Assembly: GCA_965219955.1 (NCBI GenBank)
Contig: OZ244799.1
Span: 2,496,001 to 2,560,000, forward strand
Length of the DNA: 64,000 nucleotides
Source: a bacterium
GTDB lineage: Bacteria; UBA8248
Direction: 5' to 3'
Below the pieces are notes generated by a model, which saw only the letters and a list, made by a program, of their open reading frames with translations, had not been told where the DNA came from and did no database searches. Each line of letters begins with the position of its first letter. The first letter of the stretch is position 1. Both the position numbers and the translations under genes were made by a program. Of the stretch, positions 50,089 to 59,062 are shown one piece after another.

Positions 50089-51318
50089 CTAGAAGATGTG
50101 GCGCAGCGTCCAGCCGACCGCCCAGCCGTCGTCGATCTCACCCTCGTCCACGCCTCTGCCGTAGTCGCCGCGCAGAATAACGGCGCCCACACCGCGAAGC
50201 TCGAGGTTCGAGTGGATCTTCCACTTGAAAGCGGCGTTGAGCTCAGTGCCGAATTCCTTCGCGTCCATCGTGTCCGCCGCGAGGGAAGGTTCGGCTGAAT
50301 TGTAGAGGGATACGCCGCCAGCCAGCGTCAGGGTCTTGCTGACCTTGAAGTCGGCCAGTCCCTCGATCACCGTCGCGCCGTTCAAAGCGCCCAGGTGCAC
50401 GCTTCTGATGCCGTTGCCCAGAGTCGTCCAGCGGCGCGAAGTCATGATGTGGCCGCCGAAGAACCAACCGGAACCGCCTTCCTGAGGCGTCCTGAAGCGG
50501 CCGTCTTCGCCTGCCTTCGTGCCGTCGTTGCCGGAGAGCATCGTGAGGTTGCCGCTGAGCTTCAGTTTGCCCAGGCTCGTGGAAGTCCTCACCAGAACGG
50601 CCCAACCCGAGAGCTCATCGCCGCTCGAGAGGTCACCTTCCTGGATGACGATGGAACCGTTCACGTTGAGGATGCCAACCTTGGTCTTGGCGTGGAGGCC
50701 CAAGAAGCTGTAGTCATAGCCGCCTTCCGCCGCGTCTCTCGAATTGGCCGCCCACGGCGTAACCGTGAGAGTCGGATTCACCTTGATGCCCACGCCGACG
50801 TAGTAGTCCGTCTTGTCATTGTTGTCGGGGCCGGTATCTTCGTTCGCCTTGGTCATGAACGCGCTGAGCGAGAGATTCTTGCTGAGCTTGCCGTAGATCG
50901 CAATGCCCGGCTCACGATGACGGCCGCCGCTGTCGTAGATTTCCTTGTCCGGCGAGAAGTAGTCCGTCCGACCCATGCGCATGCGAAGCGCGCTGCCCGG
51001 AACGGCGAAGTCGATCACCCAGCGGTTGACGCCGACCGTCTGCCGGCCGGGACCGATGGCGAAGCCGCCGTTCGCGCTTACGAACTCGGGTTCCCACACG
51101 GCCGTTACGGCGCCGCTTTTCGCCGTGAAGCGCGGGCGAATGAGCGCGTCCAGGTAATTTCTCTTGTCGTCTGCGTCATCGTCGCCGTCCGCATTGACGT
51201 TTTCGCTGGATCCACGCACCCGGAAGAAGCCGCTGAACTTGAGGTCGGCCGCGTACGAGGGCGCTACAAACGTCGCCAGGAGCGCCAGCGCAAATAGTGC
51301 TAACAGAAGTTTCCTCAT
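50089..51318 (-). CDS. Outer-membrane beta-barrel porin, paralog 1
   Basis: Signal peptide ending SYA; amphipathic strands; C-terminal Phe (WTLRHIF); paralog of 54874-56157. Confidence 0.8.
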   Translation of the reverse strand: MRKLLLALFALALLATFVAPSYAADLKFSGFFRVRGSSENVNADGDDDADDKRNYLDALIRPRFTAKSGAVTAVWEPEFVSANGGFAIGPGRQTVGVNRWVIDFAVPGSALRMRMGRTDYFSPDKEIYDSGGRHREPGIAIYGKLSKNLSLSAFMTKANEDTGPDNNDKTDYYVGVGIKVNPTLTVTPWAANSRDAAEGGYDYSFLGLHAKTKVGILNVNGSIVIQEGDLSSGDELSGWAVLVRTSTSLGKLKLSGNLTMLSGNDGTKAGEDGRFRTPQEGGSGWFFGGHIMTSRRWTTLGNGIRSVHLGALNGATVIEGLADFKVSKTLTLAGGVSLYNSAEPSLAADTMDAKEFGTELNAAFKWKIHSNLELRGVGAVILRGDYGRGVDEGEIDDGWAVGWTLRHIF

Positions 51319-51405
51319 GTGTATTTCTCCTCATCGAGGTTTCACAAAAAAATGTTGCCGTCTTCCTTCACATGTTCTATGTCGATGTTCTATGTCTTGG
51401 ATTTG

Positions 51406-51462
51406 TCAATTGTTTCTGCATCCGTGCTTCGTCGTCTGCAACAGGGCTTCTCGCTCTCGCAT
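51406..51462 (-). CDS. Candidate leader peptide MREREALLQTTKHGCRNN
   Basis: GAGGAGAGGGG SD; conserved frame in the paralogous leader 54747-54806. Confidence 0.45.
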   Translation of the reverse strand: MREREALLQTTKHGCRNN

Positions 51463-51580
51463 CACCCCCTCTCCTCAATGCTGCCCCGCACGTCGACAAG
51501 GTCCTATCGAGCGAACCGATATTTGTCGCTTGAATACTTTCCCATTGAAGAAAACCGTCATTTCATTCCCCATTTCCCAA

Positions 51581-51609
51581 AGAATAGAAAAGATGATCCT
51601 CTTTGTCAA
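51581..51609 (-). promoter_or_regulatory. Sigma70 promoter of porin copy 1
   Basis: TTGACA (51609-51604), N17, TATTCT (51586-51581). Confidence 0.7.
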
Positions 51610-51971
51610 CAAACAATCCCAAGGGAAATCCAAAAAAATCATTTCCTCAGAATTCGAATCTTCCCCTATCCTCCGGAGTGGGGCTAAAGGTTTAACAATC
51701 CTGAAATCAAGCCTTTACGAAAAATTTCGTGTCATAAAAAAACGACGTAAAATCTATCGCCCTGCCCAGGCCTTTGCATCCCGAGAAAAAATTTTTCGCT
51801 CACCGGGCGAAAAGGCGTCCAAAATAGGCCTTACGCCCCCTGAAAATCCGACCTGTATCCGTTCATCCGGCCTGCGATTCGGGCCGTCCGAGAAATCTTA
51901 TTCCCTGATCGTAGAAAAAAGAAGTGGCTTTTCCCGGCGGAGAACGGGCCGGAATCCTGCAGCCGACTTTC

Positions 51972-53144
51972 TCAGAATATATCTTCCGCGATACTCCCCG
52001 CAACCCGCTCCGCCGCCTCGTGCGCGGAATTGCGCGCCAGGTGCGCGTAACGCGCCGTGGTCTGCACGTGGGCGTGGCCAAGGAGCTTCGCGATGACGGG
52101 GAGCCCTTCTCCCAGCGCGAGCGCTCTCGAAGCGTAGGAATGGCGAAGGTCGTGGAGCCGCACGTCATCGAGACCCGCCCGCGCGCGGACGGGCCGCCAG
52201 ACGTGATCGAGGCTGCTCAGGCGCGCGCCCGGCTTCCTGCCGGAAATGACCCAGGGATTCCCCTCAACCCGGGGGAGGGCCGCCAGGAGCGCGACCGCCT
52301 GCGGCGGAAGCGGGACGACCCGCGCGCCCGTCTTGGAATCCGGCAGCCTCAGCTCACCCTCGTCCAGCGCCACGTCCTCCCAGCGGAGGGTGAGTATTTC
52401 GGACTTACGGCACCCGGTCAGCATCAGCAGGCGTATGGCGGCCAGGGCGGACGCAGGCGCCCCGCCCCGGTTCTCCATTTCTTCCAGAACGGATCCCAGG
52501 CGCGTAAACTCCTCATCCGTCAGGAACCGCTCCCTCTTGCGTTCGGGGTATTTCACGATCAGGCGGCAGGGGTTGCACCCCTCGGGCGCCAGGCCCCAGC
52601 TCTCGGCCAGCCTGTACATCGCATAGAGGATCCGGACGACCATGTTCGCAACAGCAGGCGTCTCGCAAAGGCCCTGGTGCAGTTCCGCCACCTGCGCCCG
52701 CTCCACCGCCATGATCGGCAGTTCGCCCAAAGCGGGCACGATGTGCTTCCGCACCACCGCCCTGGTCTTCGCGACGGTGCTCGGCTTACAGCGCACCGAG
52801 ACGTATTCGGTGAGATACCGCTCGGCGAGCGCCGCCACCCTGGGCCCGCCCGCGGGCTTCAGCCGCTTCGGGATTGCCTCCTCGCCCGCCTTGATACGGG
52901 CGATGATGAGCGCCGCCCTTTGGCGCGCCTGCTCGGCGCCGATCACGCCGTGGCGGCCCACCGCCACCCGCCTGGGCCCTCCCGGCCCCCGCGCCTGGGC
53001 GACGTAGACTTTTGAGCCGGTGGGATAGACCCTGACGCCGAAGCCTGTGAGATCCCGGTCCCAGAACACCGTATCCTTTTGAACCACAAGCTTCCCGACC
53101 GCCCGGTTCGAGAGCGTTTTCATAACGGGCTTCGCCGTTTTCAC
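51972..53144 (-). CDS. Tyrosine integrase (P4-like, N-terminal arm-binding domain), copy B
   Basis: FWDRDLTGFGVRV; TGCRKSE, DSKTG, HDLRHSYAS, LLGH, TTARY; GTGA overlap with the upstream stop. Confidence 0.92.
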   Translation of the reverse strand: MKTAKPVMKTLSNRAVGKLVVQKDTVFWDRDLTGFGVRVYPTGSKVYVAQARGPGGPRRVAVGRHGVIGAEQARQRAALIIARIKAGEEAIPKRLKPAGGPRVAALAERYLTEYVSVRCKPSTVAKTRAVVRKHIVPALGELPIMAVERAQVAELHQGLCETPAVANMVVRILYAMYRLAESWGLAPEGCNPCRLIVKYPERKRERFLTDEEFTRLGSVLEEMENRGGAPASALAAIRLLMLTGCRKSEILTLRWEDVALDEGELRLPDSKTGARVVPLPPQAVALLAALPRVEGNPWVISGRKPGARLSSLDHVWRPVRARAGLDDVRLHDLRHSYASRALALGEGLPVIAKLLGHAHVQTTARYAHLARNSAHEAAERVAGSIAEDIF

Positions 53145-54319
53145 TCGAGGTTCCCGTTCGTCAGGTGGGCGCCTATGCTCCCCCCCACCCGGGTGGCCGC
53201 CTCCTTCTCGGCCTTGAGCATCAGGTGCGTGTAGCGCGCCGTCGTCGTTACCGTCGCGTGTCCCAGGAGCTTGCCAATCGTGTAGAGGCTCTCGCCGAGC
53301 GCCAGAGCCCTTGACGCATAGGAGTGTCTCAGGTCGTGGAGCCGCAGGTCGGAGAGTCCCGCCCGCTCCCGGACAGGCCGCCAGTAGTAGTGAAGATCCG
53401 TAAGGTTCTTTCCCGGCTTCTGGCCGATGACCACCCATGGGTTGTCCGGTTGCCGGGGCAGCTTGTCGAGAAGCCCCCGCACGGGATTCGTCAGCGGAAC
53501 CATGCGGGGACCCGTCTTGGCGTCCCTGAGCCTGAGATCACCCGCCGTGCGGTCCACGTCGTCCCATTTGAGGCTCAGTATCTCGCTCCTCCGGCACCCG
53601 GTCAGCATGAGCAGCCTGATCGCCGTGATCGCAGGCGGCCAGATGGAGCCCGCCGCCTCGGCGTCTTTGAGCGACCGGCCCAGGCGACGGTATTCCTCGG
53701 ATGTCAGGAACCGCTCGCGCGGGCGCGTCCTGTAGAGCGTTAGTCTTCTGCACGGGTTCCGCCCGGGCGGGACCAGGCCCCACGCCTCGGCCAGGTTGAA
53801 CATCCTCGAGAGGAGATGGATCGACGTGTTGACCCGGCTCGGCGTATGGCGGAGGCGGTGCTGAAACGCGGTGAGTTCCGCCCGTCCGATCCGGGCCAGC
53901 GCCATCCCGCCCAGGACCGGCAGGACGTGTTTGTCCAGTATGGTGCGGTATTCCACGACGGTGCGCGGCTTCAGGTGCCTTTCCACGTAAACGCGCATGA
54001 AGCGCTCGGCAACCGCCGCCAGGGTGGGTTCCTCCACGGGCGGCTCAAGCCCGGGGTATTCGCCCCGCTTGATGCGGTCGATGACGAGGGCGGCCTGCTT
54101 TCTTGCCTCCCCGGTCGACAACGCCCCGTGCCGGCCTAAAGTAACGCGTTTTATCCCCCCGGGCCCGCGGGATTGCACCACGTAGGATTTCCTGCCCGCA
54201 GAGTGGACGCGCACCCCGAAGCCGGCCAGGTCCCGATCCCAGAAGAGGGTGTCCCGGTTCTTGGTTTTGAGCGCATCGACAGCGCGCTTGGTGAGCCTGA
54301 ACTCACTCCTTCTGGGCAT
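53141..54319 (-). CDS. Tyrosine integrase (P4-like, N-terminal arm-binding domain), copy A
   Basis: FWDRDLAGFGVRV; TGCRRSE, DAKTG, HDLRHSYAS, LLGH, TTARY; start MPRRSEF. Confidence 0.92.
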   Translation of the reverse strand: MPRRSEFRLTKRAVDALKTKNRDTLFWDRDLAGFGVRVHSAGRKSYVVQSRGPGGIKRVTLGRHGALSTGEARKQAALVIDRIKRGEYPGLEPPVEEPTLAAVAERFMRVYVERHLKPRTVVEYRTILDKHVLPVLGGMALARIGRAELTAFQHRLRHTPSRVNTSIHLLSRMFNLAEAWGLVPPGRNPCRRLTLYRTRPRERFLTSEEYRRLGRSLKDAEAAGSIWPPAITAIRLLMLTGCRRSEILSLKWDDVDRTAGDLRLRDAKTGPRMVPLTNPVRGLLDKLPRQPDNPWVVIGQKPGKNLTDLHYYWRPVRERAGLSDLRLHDLRHSYASRALALGESLYTIGKLLGHATVTTTARYTHLMLKAEKEAATRVGGSIGAHLTNGNLE

Positions 54320-54346
54320 GGCCCCCCTCGCTGGGCATGGCCCCTT

Positions 54347-54500
54347 CGCTCGACATGTCATCAAAACGCATATCAGCGACATCAGTCGAGAGCGCGTTTA
54401 CGCATGAACAGGCACGCTCTCTCACGCTCGACATGTCATCAAAACGCATATCAGCGGCATCGAATGTGAGCGTATTCAAGCACAAACACGGCAGGCGCGC
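54347..54500. repeat. Tandem 78-bp unit upstream of the integrases (37-bp near-identical core)
   Basis: CGCTCGACATGTCATCAAAACGCATATCAGCG(A/G)CATC at 54347-54383 and 54425-54461; the following segments are also alignable. Confidence 0.85.
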
Positions 54501-54746
54501 AAGAGGCGACGATAAGGAAAATATCGAATTAAAGCAAATAATAACAAATCTTTACATTGCATGAGTACGCTCAGTCGCAACATCCCCGGAGTGATCAGTT
54601 CCTTTCAGTATTACATCTATTCTTTGAGAGATAAAGCACGGAACGGCTGTTTTTTTCAGATGGGGAATTGTCTGCATAAGCGGCAAATACCGGTTCGCAA
54701 GATGGAACCTTGTCGGCGTACGGGGCGGTATGGAGGAGAGGGGGTG

Positions 54747-54806
54747 ATGCGGGAGCGGGAAGTCCTGTCGCAGACGACGAAGTACGGATGCAGCGACACC
54801 GATTAA
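54747..54806 (+). CDS. Candidate leader peptide MREREVLSQTTKYGCSDTD
   Basis: GGAGGAGAGGGG SD; paralog of 51406-51462. Confidence 0.45.
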   Translation: MREREVLSQTTKYGCSDTD

Positions 54807-54873
54807 ACCAGACACAGAACACGAAGGAAGACGGCAACATTTTTTAGTGAAACCTCAATGAGGAGAAATACAC

Positions 54874-56157
54874 ATGAGGAAACTTCTGTTAGCACTATTC
54901 GCGATGGCGCTCGTCGTGGCGTTCACCGCGCCCTCGTACGCGGCCGACCTCAAGTACAGCGGCTTCTTCCGGGTGCGTGGATCCAGCGAAAACGTCGAAG
55001 GTGACGACGGAGACAAGAAAAATTATCTGGACGCGCTCATCCGACCGCGCTTCACCGCGAAGAGCGGCGCCGTCACGGCCACATATGAACTCGACTTCTC
55101 GTCGTCGTATACTGGAAAACTTGACGATGATAACGAATTAGCGACTAATACGCATGCTGGCGCGAACGGCGGATTCGGCACCGCTGGTCGGCACAATGTG
55201 GGTACGAACCGCTGGGTGATCGACTTCGCCGTTCCGGGCAGCGCGCTCCGCGTTCGCATGGGCCGGACGGACTACTTCTCGCCGGACAAGGAAATCTTCG
55301 ACAGCGGCGGTAAGCACCGTTTGCCGGGCATTGCGCTTTACGGCAAGTTGAGCAAGAACATGTCGCTCAGCGCGTTCATGACCAAATCGAAAGAAGACGC
55401 GGGTGGCAGCAACGATGACAAGACGGATTACTACGTCGGCATGGGCATCAAGGTGAACCCGACGCTCACGCTCACGCCGTGGGCGGCCAACACCAGAGAC
55501 GCTGCGGCCGGCGGCTATGACTACAGCTTCCTCGGTTTCCACGCCAAGACCAAGGTGGGCATCCTGAACGTAAACGGTTCTATCGTCATCCAAGAGGGTG
55601 ACCTCTCAGTCAAGGACGGAGTCCAAAAGGAACTCTCGGGTTGGGCCGTACTGCTCAGGACTTCCACCAGCCTGGGCAAACTGAAGCTGAGCGGAAACCT
55701 CACCATGCTCTCCGGCGATGACGGCTCCAAGGCCGGCGAGGACGGCAGCTTCCAGACGCCTCGGGGAGGTAGTTCCGGCTGGTTCGTCGGCGGCCACATC
55801 ATGAGTTCGCGCCGCTGGACGACTCTTGGCAACAGCATCAGAGACAGAGAACTGAAGAAAATGAACGGCGCGGTCGTGATCGAGGGACTGGCCGACTTCA
55901 AGGTCAGCAAAACTCTGACGCTGGCTGGCGGCGTATCCCTTTATAATTCCGCCGAACCTTCCCTCGCGCCGGACACGATGGACGCGAAGGAATTCGGCAC
56001 CGAGCTCAACGCCGCTTTCAAGTGGAAGATCCACTCGAACCTCGAGCTTCGCGGTGTGGGCGCCGTTATTCTGCGCGGCGACTACGGCAGAAAAGTTGAC
56101 GAGGGTGAGATCGACGACGGCTGGGCGGTCGGCTGGACGCTGCGCCACATCTTCTAG
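54874..56157 (+). CDS. Outer-membrane beta-barrel porin, paralog 2
   Basis: Signal peptide; C-terminal RHIF; differs from copy 1 mainly in polar loop-like segments. Confidence 0.8.
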   Translation: MRKLLLALFAMALVVAFTAPSYAADLKYSGFFRVRGSSENVEGDDGDKKNYLDALIRPRFTAKSGAVTATYELDFSSSYTGKLDDDNELATNTHAGANGGFGTAGRHNVGTNRWVIDFAVPGSALRVRMGRTDYFSPDKEIFDSGGKHRLPGIALYGKLSKNMSLSAFMTKSKEDAGGSNDDKTDYYVGMGIKVNPTLTLTPWAANTRDAAAGGYDYSFLGFHAKTKVGILNVNGSIVIQEGDLSVKDGVQKELSGWAVLLRTSTSLGKLKLSGNLTMLSGDDGSKAGEDGSFQTPRGGSSGWFVGGHIMSSRRWTTLGNSIRDRELKKMNGAVVIEGLADFKVSKTLTLAGGVSLYNSAEPSLAPDTMDAKEFGTELNAAFKWKIHSNLELRGVGAVILRGDYGRKVDEGEIDDGWAVGWTLRHIF

Positions 56158-56198
56158 CAGCATGATGGACGCTCGCGTCCTCACCTGACGCGACGACG

Positions 56199-56228
56199 AC
56201 CGGGGGGCTTCGGCCCCCCGGTTTTTTT
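56199..56228 (+). terminator. Terminator of porin copy 2
   Basis: ACCGGGGGGC-TTCG-GCCCCCCGGT-TTTTTT, same as copy 1. Confidence 0.9.
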
Positions 56229-56336
56229 GTGCGTGGATGTATGCGCGGCGTCCTCGCGACTTTTTTCTATTATCGCTCCCCCCTTAGGATCATTCTCTCT
56301 TCGACCGGAAATGAATGTTTGTGCAGGGGGCGCAAT

Positions 56337-56527
56337 GGGGCTGTTGAAAAAGCCTGATGCGGGATCGGCGGCAAGGAGGTTCACGCGGCGCAGACGTGAT
56401 GGTTTTGTAGGGACAGGCCTCCGTGCCTGTCCTGCTCTTCGTGGTTGTCCTTCGTCAGGACAGGCACGGAGGCCTGTCCCTACGGCGAACAATCTCGAAG
56501 GTCGGACAGGACTTTTTCAACAACCCC
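56337..56527. mobile_element. MITE with GGGGCTGTTGAAAAAG / CTTTTTCAACAACCCC ends carrying a GTAG REP doublet
   Basis: TIRs as at 17262-17533; interior GTAGGGACAGGCCTCCGTGCCTGTCCT...AGGACAGGCACGGAGGCCTGTCCCTAC. Confidence 0.75.
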
Positions 56528-56923
56528 GCCCTCTCGAATCGACACGCATTTCCCCGCAATTGCCGTCATTCCCAAATCCGCGGACTGCGCTATCGTGCGC
56601 GCGACGCGGGGAAGGGGTTTTTCCCCGGCGGATTGAGACGCACGGAGAGGAAGCTTTCGCATGGGATGCAGTGATGGAACGGGGAAGAATTACGAAAATG
56701 GATTCGGGAACGGCGCGGAAATAAAAATAATGATATTTTCTGTAAAATTCGATAAATTCAGGGGGTTTTTCGATAAATTCCTGAAATTCACTTCCCGCTT
56801 AACGGTTTGTAATACAAAGGGTTATCATATAAATATGAGCGTCGTGCACTCAGATAAGGCGGTGAAAAAAGTTTTCGGCGCCCCCGCATTTGCCCGCGCC
56901 GGGAGCCGGCGGCGCAAAGAACG

Positions 56924-58840
56924 CTATTCCCTGATCTTGTAGAAGAAAAGCTGGCTCTTCGCGCCGACCAACGGTCTCGAACTCGTCGTCGCCACCACGA
57001 GATCGTCGTAGCCGTCGTTGTCCGCGTCGCCGAAGGTGAAATCCACGATCCCCCGGCCCAGTTTTCTCGAGCGCCAGGTCTCGGTCAAACCGCTGCCGTC
57101 CCAGAGCAGGCTCGCGATCTGCCCGCTCGAAACGCCCAGGCCCGGCGCAATGGAGGCAACGTATTCGTTGCGGATCACCAGAACCTCATCCACCCCGTCC
57201 CTGTCGACGTCTTCAACCAGCACGCGCGAGCGTATGGGGAGATCCGGTGTATGAACCCTGTCACCGGTGTTTTCCGTATTGGCCAGGGAGAAGAATCTAT
57301 GGACGGGCGCGCCGTAGGTTTCAGAGCTCGAGTAGATATCCTGGCCGCTCCTCGAGAACACCCTCAGCCTGTCGTCCTTCCCGACCTCGATGACTTCCTG
57401 CGAGCCGTCCCTGTTGAGGTCCCACAAGCCGAAGCCCAGTATCGTCAAATCCGGCGGAAGCGCATAAGGGGCGGCGGGCGCGAGTTTCCCCCCCGACCAG
57501 CGATAGCTGCGGATGGGGCCGTCGAAAGCGCTCTCGATCCCTTCACTCTGCCCCAGAAGCAGATAGGCTTCCGAGCCAGGAATCTTCTTGCCCTTCTCGG
57601 GCCGCCGCACCCGTATCAGGCGATAAAAAGTCCTGTCGTTCCGGACGAGGGGCGTGAACTTCCCGCCCTTGAACTGCAGGATCATCGAGAACAACTCGTT
57701 CGAGCGATAAGAGGCGAGGTAGAACTCGGGCGCGCCGTCTCCGTTCATGTCGGCGACGTCGAGCCAGCGGAAGTCGTTCGCCGCCCCGCCGTCGAAGCGG
57801 GCGACCTCGCGCATCCGGTTCTCCTCGAAGCGGTTGACGATGACCTCGGTCGGCGTGATGAGAACGACTTCGTTTTTCCCGTCCCCGTCCACGTCCGCCA
57901 CGGACAGCCCCCGGAATACGGCCTTGTCGAACGAGTAGCTTTTCTGGCCGCCTCCTCTGTTTGGTACGCCCTCGCGGGCGAGCACGAAATTCTCGTTCGC
58001 GGGTCCTGCGCGCGTCTCGCCGCCGCCTCGCTTGAGTTCCTGCACCGTGGGCGGGCCCTGTTCGAAGGGCAGTTCATCCGCAATGGCCACGGCCTTGAAG
58101 AGTTCTTCCTTCGTGGTGAGGGACAAAAGGCGGGTGGAGAGAATCTTCTTCCCCCGGATTTCGCGGAGCTCGTTCTCGAGCGCCATGTCGCTCCGCACCT
58201 GGTTTCGCAGGCGAATCGGATTCTCTTTTTCAAGAATTTCATCGGTGGCGACACCCGTCTCGAGGAGCCATACCTGGAGCCTGTCCACGTCGTATACGTC
58301 GAAGCGCCCGCTCCTCAGGAGCTGGCGTCCGAGTTCCCTCGTGAGCGTCTCCATGCTGACGGCTTCTTTCGTCTGATTGACGAAAGGCAGTATCGCCAGG
58401 CGAATTTTCGAGGCGGACATGCGCACCGTGTCCTTGACGCGCGGCGAGAGTTGGCCGCCCGGCGCAAGGCGGACAAGACGCGCGATGGAGAATTTCTCCC
58501 GCACCTCGACGACCTCGATCTCGCCTACCTCCTCTTCCAGCTTGCCGAGAACGACGCCCGTCGTCGGGTGGCGAAACGGCGCGCCCTCGCGGTAGACGCT
58601 CAACTTGACGCCCTTGACCACCTCATCCTTCTCGCCGAGGCTCAAGTAGAGATCCGCCCCTCTGACGGCGACCACCGCGCCGCGCAGATTCGGGAATCTC
58701 TGGTGCAGCTTTTCGCTGATGAGACCGAGGGCCTTGCGGTAGTCGTTCTCCTGGGCGTGGGTCGAGCCGCCGGATGCGCAGAGGACAATCATGAAGGCCA
58801 GCAGGAAGGCCGGCGCCTTCTTAAGGAGGTGAGAGAACAT
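56924..58840 (-). CDS. Secreted FG-GAP/VCBS-repeat protein
   Basis: Signal peptide; DVDGDGKNE, DMNGDGAPE, DLNRDGSQE, DVDRDGVDE, DADNDGYDD repeats. Confidence 0.85.
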   Translation of the reverse strand: MFSHLLKKAPAFLLAFMIVLCASGGSTHAQENDYRKALGLISEKLHQRFPNLRGAVVAVRGADLYLSLGEKDEVVKGVKLSVYREGAPFRHPTTGVVLGKLEEEVGEIEVVEVREKFSIARLVRLAPGGQLSPRVKDTVRMSASKIRLAILPFVNQTKEAVSMETLTRELGRQLLRSGRFDVYDVDRLQVWLLETGVATDEILEKENPIRLRNQVRSDMALENELREIRGKKILSTRLLSLTTKEELFKAVAIADELPFEQGPPTVQELKRGGGETRAGPANENFVLAREGVPNRGGGQKSYSFDKAVFRGLSVADVDGDGKNEVVLITPTEVIVNRFEENRMREVARFDGGAANDFRWLDVADMNGDGAPEFYLASYRSNELFSMILQFKGGKFTPLVRNDRTFYRLIRVRRPEKGKKIPGSEAYLLLGQSEGIESAFDGPIRSYRWSGGKLAPAAPYALPPDLTILGFGLWDLNRDGSQEVIEVGKDDRLRVFSRSGQDIYSSSETYGAPVHRFFSLANTENTGDRVHTPDLPIRSRVLVEDVDRDGVDEVLVIRNEYVASIAPGLGVSSGQIASLLWDGSGLTETWRSRKLGRGIVDFTFGDADNDGYDDLVVATTSSRPLVGAKSQLFFYKIRE

Positions 58841-59062
58841 GAAAAACCCCATATCAGTAACGTGTTTTAGAGACTCCGGTCGAGCCGCCAGCGCTCTGAA
58901 GCAGAGCATGGCCCCGGATAATCAATCAGCCGTTGTATGATATCATGATTTCGAAGACAGAAAGCCCCAAACACCCTCAAATATACCGCGTAAGAAGCAG
59001 AAAGCAAATTTATTCAGGCCGTTCGGAAAGCCGGTCCGTCCAGGCGCAGGCTGCGTTTCGCC

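Noticed and set aside
51972-54319. Prophage
   Set aside because: No structural, replication or lysis genes near the integrases
54347-54461. Mini-CRISPR array (37-bp repeats, 41-bp spacer)
   Set aside because: Only two repeats, no cas genes, and the spacer is homologous to the sequence after repeat 2, so it is a whole-unit tandem duplication
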